From the NCBI GenBank assembly GCA_020201035.1, contig JAIVHO010000031.1:294122-358121 (forward strand): a DNA stretch of 64,000 nucleotides, in the 5' to 3' direction. A model generated the notes under the pieces. That model ran no database searches and had not been told where the DNA came from. It was given only the letters and a program-made list of their open reading frames with translations. Origin of the DNA: Bacteroidales bacterium (GTDB taxonomy: Bacteria; Bacteroidota; Bacteroidia; Bacteroidales; VadinHA17). Shown piece by piece: positions 8,624-18,900 of the stretch. Within the stretch, counting starts at the first letter, position 1, and the number at the start of each line of letters is the position of its first letter. A program made the position numbers and the translations under genes.

Positions 8624-9469
8624 ATGAAAAGGGATATGGTCAGAATAGACGAGGAGCTCTGTAACGGATGCGGGATTTGCATTCCCAACTGCCACGAGGG
8701 AGCACTCCAGATAGTGGACGGAAAGGCTGTGCTGATAAGCGACCTGATGTGTGACGGGCTGGGTGCCTGTATAGGCCACTGTCCGGAAGGAGCCATCACA
8801 ATTGAACAGAGAGAGGCAGCACCCTATAATGAGGTACTGGTAATGGAGGAGATGGTACAGAAAAGTACCAATACCATTATAGCTCACCTGAAGCACCTTA
8901 AGGATCACGGCGAAGATGGTTACTTTAATGAAGCTGTTGATTATCTTCTGAAGCATGAAAGTGAACTGGATCATGATGTCAGAAATATTATTAAGAACAC
9001 CACACCGCATCCGGGCGGATGCCCCGGATCTGCCCAATCTGAGTTCAGGCGCACAGAAGTCGGCGGTACCGGCCCTGTATCAGAGGAGTCAGCACTGTCA
9101 CACTGGCCCGTTCAGCTGCACCTTATCAATCCCGGAGCATCTTACTTCAGCAACTGTGATCTGCTTGTTGCTGCCGACTGTACAGCCTTCTCAATGGGAG
9201 GCTTTCATCAGAAGTACATAAGTGGCCGCAAGGTAGTTATCGCCTGCCCCAAGCTTGATCACGGAACAGAAATATACGTTGAGAAATTCAGGGCACTGAT
9301 AGACAGTGCCAGGGTAAACACCATTACTCTCGTTATAATGGAGGTGCCATGCTGTGGAGGCCTGTTGTCAATGATCAGACAGGCTATGGATATGGCAACA
9401 AGAAAAGTGCCGCTGAAACTGGTTGTGGCAGGAACAGACGGCACCATTCGTCGTGATGAGTGGATATAA
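8624..9469 (+). CDS. 4Fe-4S dicluster domain protein with a conserved uncharacterised C-terminal Cys-rich domain
   Basis: CNGCGICIPNCHEGAL and CDGLGACIGHCPEGAI ferredoxin-type motifs. C-terminal HWPVQLHL..., AADCTAF, VIACPKLD and MEVPCCGGL. Confidence 0.75.
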   Translation: MKRDMVRIDEELCNGCGICIPNCHEGALQIVDGKAVLISDLMCDGLGACIGHCPEGAITIEQREAAPYNEVLVMEEMVQKSTNTIIAHLKHLKDHGEDGYFNEAVDYLLKHESELDHDVRNIIKNTTPHPGGCPGSAQSEFRRTEVGGTGPVSEESALSHWPVQLHLINPGASYFSNCDLLVAADCTAFSMGGFHQKYISGRKVVIACPKLDHGTEIYVEKFRALIDSARVNTITLVIMEVPCCGGLLSMIRQAMDMATRKVPLKLVVAGTDGTIRRDEWI

Positions 9470-9472
9470 GAT

Positions 9473-11629
9473 CTACTCAATCAGTGTCATCTCTTTAAGC
9501 AGATAGCCTGCACCTGCAAACTTATCTATTATAAAGAGTGCATACCTTATATCAAGGCTGATATTACGGCTCTGCTGTTTATTGTACATCAGATCGGAAG
9601 CAACGCCCTCCCATGCCCGGTCAAAATTAACCCCAATAAGATGACCTTCGGCGTTAACAACGGGACTACCAGAGTTTCCTCCTGTTGAGTGGTTGTTTGC
9701 AATAAAGCATACCGGTATCTCTCCATTCTGAGCATACCTGCCATAATCACGCTCACGGTACAACTCTCTCAGTCGGTCCGGAACATCATAATCATAGATA
9801 TCAGGGTTGTCCTTCTCCATGATGCCCTTCAGTGTGGTATAGTGCTGGTGGTAGACGGCATCCCTAGCCTCGTAACCGGCAACATTACCATATGCCACCC
9901 TCAGAGTGAAGTTTGCATCAGGCCACAGAACCTTATCTGTAACATATTCGAGCTGAGCCTTCATATAGAGGCGGTCAAGCAGGGATAACCTGTCAGAAAG
10001 TTCTGAATAGGGACTTACCAATTTCTCAGATATAAGGTCATTTACACTCACCGCAATCAGGTATAACGGATCTTTTTTAATCTTCTTAACACTGCTGCTG
10101 CTGAAGTTGGCAAGAAGATCCCTTACCTTTGCCTCGTCAGCAAAAAGGGTCCTTGAATATATCTTATCCACTATCCTGCTGAAATCACCCTTGCATGAAG
10201 CGCTAAGCTTTTTGTACTCCTCTGCCTGCCACTCAGGAGAGAGATTCTCACCATACAACTCCATCAAGGCAACAAAAAGCTTCTTGTCGGTAGGCTGGTT
10301 ATAATTTTTGAAGAAATCTGAAATTCTCCTTTCGATTCCCATCATGGCCCTTTCACTGTTTTCGCCATTCTCAAAAGCAGATACCAGTGACAAAAACTGT
10401 CCTGCCAGTCCGATAGCCTCAACGCCTCCCCTGCCAATGGTCTCATTGGAGTAGCTGTTTACCAGTCTTAAAACCTTGTACTTCTCATATATCTCTCTAT
10501 ACTCAGGAAGGATATCACCGTACTCCGCCTGCCTGTCACGTTCAGCGGCAACCCACTCTGTGAATCCCTTCTCGAACTCCTTCTTCTTTGCTATTGCATT
10601 CATCTTCTCAAGGCCCTGATTCTCACCTATCCATCTCTTCCATGCATTGGCGATACCCGATTTCTTCGCTGAATACTGGATACGCACACCGGGATCTGCC
10701 TCCATATCGGCAATGATAATTTCCAGCTTGCGATCCCTAAGTTCTATCATTGGAGGGTTAATATAATCCTTAAGCATCTCAATATGATACGAGGGGACAT
10801 ACTGAGCGGTGCTTCCCGGGTATCCGAAAAGCATGGTAAAATCGCCCTCCTGAACACCTTTCAGAGAGATCGGAAAATGGTAAGGTGGATTATAGGGAAC
10901 ATTGTCTTCGCTGTAATCGGCCGGATTATTATCATTGTCGGCATAGATCCTGAAAAGCGAAAAATCACCCGTATGTCTGGGCCACATCCAGTTATCCGTC
11001 TCACCACCGAATTTTCCTATTGATGAAGGAGGAGCACCAACCAGACGAACATCATTATAAGTCTCATTCACAAAAAGAAAATACTGATTGCCCATATAAA
11101 AAGGCCTTACCGAACCAGAATAGTCGGTTCCTGCAGTGGCTTTTTCAATGATAGCCCTGCTGTTTTCTGCTATTTTAGCACTCCGCTCAGATTCGGTCAT
11201 AGATTCGGTAACACCCTCCAGGGCTCTTTCTGTAACATCTTCCATCCATCTCATAAATACTACGTTAAGGCCGGGGTTTGGCAATTCCTCTTCAGGTGAC
11301 ATTGCCCAGAATCCATCGGTCAGATAATCATGTTCCAGGGAGGAATGGGACTGAATTCTACCATATCCACAGTGATGATTGGTAATCAGGAGTCCCTTTG
11401 ATGAAATCAGCTCACCGGTACATCCTCCGCCAAAAATCATTACAGCATCCTTCATGGATGCCTGATTTATGCTATAGATATCCTCGGCAGTCAGTTTGAA
11501 TCCCTTTTCCTGCATCAGTTCAATATTGAACTGTTCAATCAGAATAGGTATCCACATACCCTCATCAGCCTTCAGCGAGGCAGAGAAAAAGAGAAGGAAT
11601 GAAAAGCTTACAATTAACAGTTTCTTCAT
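9473..11629 (-). CDS. S46 family dipeptidyl-peptidase, DPP11-like
   Basis: Signal peptide followed by the mature N-terminus ADEGMW. His region ITNHHCGY and catalytic GGNSGSPV. Arg sits 18 residues after the catalytic Ser (NFDRAWEG), which is the position that separates DPP11 (Arg, acidic P1) from DPP7 (Gly). Confidence 0.88.
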   Translation of the reverse strand: MKKLLIVSFSFLLFFSASLKADEGMWIPILIEQFNIELMQEKGFKLTAEDIYSINQASMKDAVMIFGGGCTGELISSKGLLITNHHCGYGRIQSHSSLEHDYLTDGFWAMSPEEELPNPGLNVVFMRWMEDVTERALEGVTESMTESERSAKIAENSRAIIEKATAGTDYSGSVRPFYMGNQYFLFVNETYNDVRLVGAPPSSIGKFGGETDNWMWPRHTGDFSLFRIYADNDNNPADYSEDNVPYNPPYHFPISLKGVQEGDFTMLFGYPGSTAQYVPSYHIEMLKDYINPPMIELRDRKLEIIIADMEADPGVRIQYSAKKSGIANAWKRWIGENQGLEKMNAIAKKKEFEKGFTEWVAAERDRQAEYGDILPEYREIYEKYKVLRLVNSYSNETIGRGGVEAIGLAGQFLSLVSAFENGENSERAMMGIERRISDFFKNYNQPTDKKLFVALMELYGENLSPEWQAEEYKKLSASCKGDFSRIVDKIYSRTLFADEAKVRDLLANFSSSSVKKIKKDPLYLIAVSVNDLISEKLVSPYSELSDRLSLLDRLYMKAQLEYVTDKVLWPDANFTLRVAYGNVAGYEARDAVYHQHYTTLKGIMEKDNPDIYDYDVPDRLRELYRERDYGRYAQNGEIPVCFIANNHSTGGNSGSPVVNAEGHLIGVNFDRAWEGVASDLMYNKQQSRNISLDIRYALFIIDKFAGAGYLLKEMTLIE

Positions 11630-11650
11630 AATAGATATTGTTTTCTGGTT

Positions 11651-12256
11651 TTAATAATCAGTAAATTTAATCAATTCACTATAAACTTTCTGTACAGGAA
11701 GTCCCATAACATTAAAATAGGAACCGGAAATCGATTCAACAGCGATATATCCTATCCATTCCTGGATACCGTATGCCCCTGCCTTATCATACGGTGAATA
11801 GTTATCAACATAGAAAACTATCTCCTCCTGAGACAACTCACGGAAATGAACCCCGGTAACCGAGGCAAAAGAGGTGACCCGTATAATGGATCTGATTGAC
11901 ACTCCTGTTATTACTGTGTGTGTTTTTCCCGAGAGTAATGTCAGCATGGAAATGGCTTCATCCCGGCTTTCTGGCTTATTAAGCAATTTATCATCACACC
12001 ATACAATGGTATCGGCAGTAATAACAATATCACCGGGCTCAATACGCCGGGCAACCTGTTCGCTCTTGGAAACTGCCAGGTTGATTGCAACCGATTCAGG
12101 TGACTCATGACAGAGGGGTTGCTCAATAAAAGGGTGTTCCCAAATCCTGAATGGTATGCCAAGGTGCGATAACAATTCACGCCTCCTGGGTGATGCAGAT
12201 GCCAGAACCAGGTGCTGATCCATGGTCTCAAACCGCCGGGAGAGCAGATCAGCCAA
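11651..12256 (-). CDS. maf: Maf-like nucleoside triphosphate pyrophosphatase
   Basis: LVLASASPRRRELL and the C-terminal AGAYGIQE motif. An alternative start at 12223 (MDQHLVLASAS) would remove the 8-nt overlap with the upstream gene. Confidence 0.88.
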   Translation of the reverse strand: MADLLSRRFETMDQHLVLASASPRRRELLSHLGIPFRIWEHPFIEQPLCHESPESVAINLAVSKSEQVARRIEPGDIVITADTIVWCDDKLLNKPESRDEAISMLTLLSGKTHTVITGVSIRSIIRVTSFASVTGVHFRELSQEEIVFYVDNYSPYDKAGAYGIQEWIGYIAVESISGSYFNVMGLPVQKVYSELIKFTDY

Positions 12257-13232
12257 TCAACCCCCTTTCCACTATCACCCACAGAACAAGGGTATAAAGC
12301 ACTCCGGATATCATCACCGCCCTCATATAGAATGCGCTGGTTCTGAAGTTTTGAAGAGCAGCCCCTGCATTCAGATAGTATGCAGACAGCATCATCGGGA
12401 GTGATATGGCGAATATAATGTAGAGCAGAGTATAGGTATCACCAAGGAAAAGGTACCAGGCTGCTATTATCAACAGTAGAGTAGCAGCCTGCAGTATGCT
12501 TACAGTAATGCGGGATGCTTGCACCCCGGCCACTACCGGAAGCGAGTTATGGCCATAGGCACTGTCACCTTCAAAATCGCCGATATCCTTAATTATCTCA
12601 AGGGCGAGGGTAGTAAGGAAAGCAAACATGGAGAATCCACCCACCCACCAGACAAGGGGTCTTAGTGAAGGCATAGCCTTTACATCGGGAATATAATGGC
12701 TCCAGATAGCAGGAAGCTCATAGGCCAGAACAAGGAATGGCACCATTGCCGTAAGCAGTGCTACCACCAGATTCCCTACCAGCAACTGCTTTTTATAGGT
12801 GGCAGAGTAAAAATAGAGAAGCCCTGATGCCAGCATAAAGATCACCCCTATCCAGAAATAGCCTACCCTGTAAGAGATATAGAATCCGGCCGCCACTCCG
12901 GCAATATTGAGCAGATTATGCCACAGTATTGCCCTGCGCCTGGAGATATTTTTTCCAACAATCACATCTCCCCTGTTTATCCTGTCAGTACGGATATCAA
13001 AATAATCATTAATAACATAACCTCCGGCAGCGAGCATTACAGTTGCAATAACCAGCAGAATGAAATCGAACAACGGCAGTTGCAGGCTAAGTGGCACACT
13101 CTCCCCCGTAGAAATAAGAACTACTTTTGTAAGGCCGGCCAGCGGTCGTATTACAGCATACCTCACCAGTACCTGGGTCAGAATAATTATCAGCAGGTTT
13201 TGCCAGCGAATCAGTTTAAGGAAATAGTTCAT
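12249..13232 (-). CDS. UbiA family prenyltransferase
   Basis: Polytopic membrane protein with NDYFDIRTD (NDxxDxxxD) and a second Asp-rich motif, DIGDFEGD. Confidence 0.85.
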   Translation of the reverse strand: MNYFLKLIRWQNLLIIILTQVLVRYAVIRPLAGLTKVVLISTGESVPLSLQLPLFDFILLVIATVMLAAGGYVINDYFDIRTDRINRGDVIVGKNISRRRAILWHNLLNIAGVAAGFYISYRVGYFWIGVIFMLASGLLYFYSATYKKQLLVGNLVVALLTAMVPFLVLAYELPAIWSHYIPDVKAMPSLRPLVWWVGGFSMFAFLTTLALEIIKDIGDFEGDSAYGHNSLPVVAGVQASRITVSILQAATLLLIIAAWYLFLGDTYTLLYIIFAISLPMMLSAYYLNAGAALQNFRTSAFYMRAVMISGVLYTLVLWVIVERGLIG

Positions 13233-13296
13233 CAGACTGCCATATTAAATATTATAAATAGATTATACCCGGGTGACTGTTACCCCATAAAAACAG

Positions 13297-13818
13297 TCAC
13301 CAGCTGTACGCATCATGATTAAGCCAGTTGCCGTGCAGCCGCATTACCTGTTCAATAATATCCCTCACACACCCCTCTCCTCCTATCTTGTCAGATATAT
13401 ATCCGGATATCTGTTTTATCTCACTGTCGGCGTCGCCCGGACATGCTGCCACACCTGCAACGCTCATTACTTCGTAATCGGGAATATCATCTCCCATATA
13501 GAGAACCTCATCATCAGTAAGACCATGTTTCTCAAGGTACTCCCTGTATACCGGCAACTTATGCCTGACACCCAGATATACATCACTAACATTCAAGTTA
13601 TTAAGCCTCTCCCTGTACGGTTCGTTCATTGCTCCGGATATAACTGCAATCCTGTACCCTCTTTTAACTGCCAGCTGCAGTGCATAACCATCGCGTATAT
13701 TGACTGTCCGCATTGGACTGCCTGTCTGGTCAAGAGTGATTGTCTGGCGGGATAAAACACCGTCGATATCAAAAATCAATGTTCTTACCTCTTTTAATTT
13801 CTCCTTAAAATTATTCAT
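13297..13818 (-). CDS. kdsC: HAD-IIIA hydrolase, KDO 8-phosphate phosphatase
   Basis: LIFDIDGVLS, the YMGDDIPD HAD motifs and a length of about 173 aa. Confidence 0.85.
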   Translation of the reverse strand: MNNFKEKLKEVRTLIFDIDGVLSRQTITLDQTGSPMRTVNIRDGYALQLAVKRGYRIAVISGAMNEPYRERLNNLNVSDVYLGVRHKLPVYREYLEKHGLTDDEVLYMGDDIPDYEVMSVAGVAACPGDADSEIKQISGYISDKIGGEGCVRDIIEQVMRLHGNWLNHDAYSW

Positions 13819-14602
13819 TCTCTCTGTTTATCTTTCGTTCAATTATTGAGCGTGTCACAACATCATACACTTCAGACAGCATATCTCTGCCTGTGAGCAG
13901 TTCCCTGTGCTTTTTTATAGTTATGGTATCATTGCGGACGGCCGGACCGGTCTGTGACTTATCCGGACCTATACTGAAGGCCTTTTCAACTGTCTCCTTT
14001 ACCAGCGACTCAAATACAGCAACGTCTACACCGGCTTCACCGGCAATCTCCCCTGCTGCATCAAGCATATGGTTAACAAAGTTACATGCAAATACTGCTG
14101 CCAGATGGAGAGATCTCCTGCCCGGAGTATCCATCATAAAGAGGCGGCCCGACAGGCAGGTGGCAAGCTCACTGATCACACTTATACTCTTCTGATTCTC
14201 CCCTTCAGCAAAGAAAGGAACACTCTTAATATCCGGTTCCCTTACCCCGGAAAATGTCTGCATTGGATAGAGTACCCCGGCGCTGTATTTATGCTCTGCC
14301 GGAAAAACCTCCAGTCCGTAACTCCCTGCCGTATGAAGTACTACGGCATCCGCCCTGACATCAAGTGCAGCAGCCACACTCTCAAGCATCCTGTCGGGAA
14401 CTGAAATTATAACTACCGAACTTGTTTCCGGAATTATATAGCCTGTTCCGTAACCGGCTCCTGTAACGGAGGCTACTCTGCGGGCGCTTTCAACAGTTGC
14501 TGACAAAATCATATCAACAGAATAACCGTTGCGGTAAAGTGCCCCTGCCAGCGCACCGCCTACCCGCCCTGCTCCAATTATGGTAATTCCTGCAATACTC
14601 AT
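13811..14602 (-). CDS. Rossmann-fold NAD(P)-binding plus DUF2520 domain protein
   Basis: ITIIGAGRVGGALAGAL dinucleotide fold and C-terminal QTGPAVRND. It overlaps kdsC by 8 nt. Confidence 0.8.
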   Translation of the reverse strand: MSIAGITIIGAGRVGGALAGALYRNGYSVDMILSATVESARRVASVTGAGYGTGYIIPETSSVVIISVPDRMLESVAAALDVRADAVVLHTAGSYGLEVFPAEHKYSAGVLYPMQTFSGVREPDIKSVPFFAEGENQKSISVISELATCLSGRLFMMDTPGRRSLHLAAVFACNFVNHMLDAAGEIAGEAGVDVAVFESLVKETVEKAFSIGPDKSQTGPAVRNDTITIKKHRELLTGRDMLSEVYDVVTRSIIERKINRENE

Positions 14603-14787
14603 TCAACTGACAAGTTAATATTTGGCCGGTATCGAAACCCAAAAAACAGCCCCTGAAAGATACAAAAAAATCATTGCAGCCACCTGATATGGCTGGCAAA
14701 TAGAATCAGGAGACCACCGTTTAACAGCAATCTGAATCGGCACTTTGGCTGTATCGCAATAATAGGGAATGTAAACCGGAAAATAAT

Positions 14788-14975
14788 GGAAAAGGAGAAG
14801 GGCCGCCAATGGAAGGGGGAACCAGGTGGAGAACGAAAAAGAGAAAAGCCTGACAATGGAAAAGGAGAAGGGCCATCAATGGAAGGGGGTACCGGGTGGA
14901 AAACGAAAAAGAGAAAAGCCTGACAACGGAAAAGGAGAAGGGCCATCAATGGGAAGGGAGAACCGGCAAAGGAGG
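14788..14975. repeat. 70-bp tandem repeat, about 2.7 copies, purine-rich on the + strand
   Basis: Units start at 14788, 14858 and 14928 (GGAAAAGGAGAAGGGCCNNCAATGGAAGGGGGNACCNGGTGGANAACGAAAAAGAGAAAAGCCTGACAAN). The period is not a multiple of 3, and the array is intergenic. Confidence 0.93.
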
Positions 14976-15056
14976 GAAACAGCAAAGAACCCGGATCAGT
15001 GAAGTGAAATGGAGAAATGGTCTGCTGAAGAGAGAAATACGTGCCAGGGTAAATGA

Positions 15057-15449
15057 TCAGTTCCCGTAAAGATCTTCCTTTACGTCTGTCACCTCAGCCA
15101 TATATTTCTTATACATTGAGCCGTAGTAAGAGTTGCTGGCCTGGTACATATAGTTGCACTCCCAGAAAAATTCGCAGTCGATCTTCACCCTCTCGCCCCA
15201 GTCAAAGCCATCCATCTTATCCATCATATCTGACGGATTGCAAAAGTAGTATGTAGAATATGGATCATACTCCGTAATAAAATATGCGGAACTGTTCTCT
15301 ACGTCAACGTAGATGTATACAGGTGTCTCAACCAGTGTACCCAGGGCATCTCCGTCACATCCGCACTTATCCTGCTTCTTGCATGAACCAATGGTTAGTG
15401 GTATAAGGAAGACTGCAACAAGTGAAATTCTGAGAAAAGATTTTAACAT
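15057..15449 (-). CDS. small Cys-rich lipoprotein, function unknown
   Basis: An internal start gives MLKSFLRISLVAVFLIPLTIGSC, a signal peptide plus lipobox. The longest-ORF start at 15557 adds a non-signal extension. Confidence 0.6.
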   Translation of the reverse strand: MLKSFLRISLVAVFLIPLTIGSCKKQDKCGCDGDALGTLVETPVYIYVDVENSSAYFITEYDPYSTYYFCNPSDMMDKMDGFDWGERVKIDCEFFWECNYMYQASNSYYGSMYKKYMAEVTDVKEDLYGN

Positions 15450-15600
15450 ATCTGTTTTATTTTTTAAGCAATATAATCTGCTGAGTCCATTACCTGCCGA
15501 AAGTAAGAGGCTGCTCAGCCACAAAGATATAAAATCCATACAATTTCCGTTCCTCAATTAGCAGAAGGGAAATTCAACGGAAAACAGGATAAATTAGTAA

Positions 15601-15629
15601 CAAAAAGCCTGCCACACGGCAGGCTTTTA
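15601..15629 (-). terminator. intrinsic terminator after the rpoBC-DUF3467 operon (possibly bidirectional)
   Basis: AGCCTGCC-ACAC-GGCAGGCT stem-loop (15606-15625) flanked by an A5 run and a T4 run. Confidence 0.75.
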
Positions 15630-15641
15630 AATATTTAATCT

Positions 15642-15959
15642 TTATGCCTGTGTAGGTCCTCCGAAGTTCATCGGCATAACAGGTCCGGAGCCCTGAACTT
15701 CTCGTATTGGTCCGTGCACTGCCTCATACTTCCCGATATTATCGGTAAGTGCATTCAGCAGGCGCTTTGCATGTTCAGGAGTCAGTATCACCCTTGATTT
15801 CACCTGTGCCTTTGGAATACCAGGCATTATCCTGACGAAATCAATAACAAATTCAGATGCGGAGTGAGTTATCACTGCAAGGTTTGAATAGGTACCCTGT
15901 GCCACATCCTCTTTCAGTTCAATGCTTATCTGACCCGGATTTTTACTGTTCTCAGCCAT
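15642..15959 (-). CDS. DUF3467 domain protein
   Basis: The sequence YSNLAVITHSASEFVIDFV...RVILTPEHAKRLLNAL matches the small conserved protein that usually follows rpoC in Bacteroidota. Confidence 0.8.
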   Translation of the reverse strand: MAENSKNPGQISIELKEDVAQGTYSNLAVITHSASEFVIDFVRIMPGIPKAQVKSRVILTPEHAKRLLNALTDNIGKYEAVHGPIREVQGSGPVMPMNFGGPTQA

Positions 15960-15963
15960 AATA

Positions 15964-18900
15964 TTAACTTCTTTCTGTTTCTTCCTCTACGCTGGTCAAT
16001 TTTTCATCTGCAGTAACGCCAACAAGGGCATCATACTCTTCCCTTGAGCCAACCACTATACCGCCATACTCCCTGAGTCCGGTACCAGCGGGAATAAGGT
16101 GACCCACGATAACATTCTCTTTCAGTCCTTCCAGTGTATCCACCTTACCGAGGATAGCTGCTTCATTCAGCACCTTGGTTGTCTCCTGGAATGAAGCTGC
16201 CGAGAAGAAGCTGTGGGTCTGCAGTGCGGCTCTGGTTATTCCCTGGAGCACCTGGCTTGATGTAGCCGGAATTGCATCCCTGTATTCAATAACCTTCTGG
16301 TCGCGACGCTTAAGAACGGAATTCTCATCCCTCAGTTTCCTGGCGGTAATTATCTGACCGGCTTTTGCCGACGGTGAATCACCCGGCTCCACAACAACTT
16401 TTTTGTCGTAGATCCAGTCATTCTCATCCATAAACTCCAGCTTGTCAACAATTTGCTTCTCGAGGAACCTGGTATCACCCGGATCGATGATCTCAACCTT
16501 GCGCATCATCTGTCGTACAATAATTTCGAAGTGCTTGTCATTAATCTTCACACCCTGCAGACGGTATACCTCCTGCACCTCATTCACAATATACTCCTGT
16601 ACCTTTGTAGGACCTTTTATTGCAAGGATATCTGACGGGGTAATTGCTCCATCTGAAAGCGGGATTCCTGCCCTCACATAATCGTTCTCCTGCACCAGTA
16701 TCTGCTTTGACAGAGGCACAAGGTATTTTTTCGTTTCCCCGGCTTTCGACATAATGATAATCTCCCTGTTACCCCTTTTAATCTTGCCGAAACTTACCTC
16801 ACCATCGATTTCCGAAACCACGGCCGGATTGGACGGGTTACGTGCCTCGAACAGTTCGGTTACCCTTGGCAGACCACCGGTTATATCACCTGATTTACCT
16901 ACTGCACGAGGTATTTTAACCAGTATGTCTCCGGCTTTTACCTCCTTACCTTCGTCAGTAACAAGGTGAGCACCCACCGGCAGGTTGTACAGTTTGCTTA
17001 CCACACCCTTTGAGTCAAGCACCTTGATCGTCGGGTTTTTGGTTTTATCTCTGGTCTCGGTAATCACCATCTCCTTAAATCCTGTCTGCTCATCAGACTC
17101 CTCACGGAATGTAACACCTTCAATCAGATTTTCAAACGCTATCTTACCGGATATCTCTGAGATAATAACCGCATTAAACGGATCCCACTCACAAATAAGG
17201 TCACCCTTTTTAACTTTATCACCACTCCTGATATATAGTTTTGAACCATATGGCACAGTGTGGGTAGTAAGTACAATTCCTGTATTCTGATCAATTATCC
17301 TTAGCTCAGCCAGTCTTCCGATAACAATACTCACCTTACTCTTACCCTTCTGTCCAGCATCCTCTTTTTCTACAGATCTGAGCTCATCAATCTCCACAGC
17401 ACCATCATACTTGGCTGTGATATTTGATTCAGATGTAATATTTGATGCGGTACCTCCAACGTGGAATGTACGAAGCGTAAGCTGTGTTCCGGGTTCACCG
17501 ATACTCTGTGCTGCAATTACTCCTACAGCCTCACCTTTCTGAACCATCTGACCTGTTGCAAGGTTACGCCCGTAGCACTTGCTGCAGACACCCTTCTTGG
17601 ATTCGCAGGTAAGCACTGACCGTATCTCCACCTGCTCTATAGGGGATTCCTCTATTACTTTAGCCAGCTCCTCGGTAAGCTCACTACCGGTTGACACCAG
17701 CAGTTCACCTGTCAGGGGATGGTAAATATCATGCACTGTTGTACGGCCCAGAATCCTTTCATAGAGTGACTCAACAACCTCTTCATTCTTTTTTATAGCG
17801 GTGGCAATCAGCCCCCTGAGAGTACCGCAGTCCTCTTCGGTAATAATTACATCCTGCGATACATCCACAAGACGTCTCGTCAGGTAACCGGCATCCGCTG
17901 TTTTAAGGGCGGTATCGGCCAAACCCTTACGGGCACCGTGAGTTGATATAAAGTACTCCAGTACCGACAATCCCTCCTTGAAGTTTGAAAGGATGGGGTT
18001 TTCAATAATTTCAGATCCTGAAGCACCTGACTTCTGGGGCTTTGCCATAAGTCCTCTCATTCCTGAGAGCTGTCGTATCTGCTCCTTTGATCCCCTTGCA
18101 CCTGAGTCAAGCATCATATATACAGAGTTGAATCCCTGTCTGTCTGTCGACAGCTGCTTCATCAGTGTCTGGGTAAGTCGTGCATTTATATGTGTCCAGA
18201 TATCAATTATCTGATTATACCTCTCGTTGTTGGTTATGAAACCCATATTATAATTGTTGAGTACTTCCTCAACCTGAGCATAACCATCATTTACAAATTC
18301 AACCTTCTCATCCGGAACAATTACATCATCAAGGTTAAACGACAGTCCGCCCCTGAATGCCATTGTATATCCCAGGTACTTGATAGCATCCAGGAATGCG
18401 GCGGTTTTTGCCATACCGGCCCTCTTCAGAACTGTTCCGATAATGTCACGAAGCGATTTCTTGGTAAGTAACTCATTGATAAAACCTACCTCTTCCGGGA
18501 CATGCTCATTGAATATCACCCTGCCCACAGTTGTCTCAACCAGATGATTAACCTTAACACCGTTAACCATATCATCCACCTTAACCTTAATAAGGGCATG
18601 CAGATCAACTTTACCTTCATTATAGGCAATTGTTGCTTCTTCCGGCGAATAGAATTTCAGTCCTTCACCCTTTACCACATATTCAGGTACCGACTTTCTT
18701 GCCTTGGTCATATAGTAAAGGCCAAGAACCATATCCTGTGAAGGAACGGTAATCGGAGCGCCGTTTGCAGGGTTAAGAATATTGTGTGAAGCAAGCATCA
18801 GTATCTGTGCTTCCAGCACGGCAGCATTACCGAGCGGAAGATGCACAGCCATCTGGTCTCCGTCAAAGTCGGCATTAAACGCAGTACATACCAGCGGGTG

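Noticed and set aside
14671-14985. A 104-aa minus-strand ORF (and 14615-14809) over the 70-bp repeat.
   Set aside because: Same reason: it comes from a non-triplet repeat, has a Pro/Phe/Ser-rich nonsense translation, and has no upstream signals.
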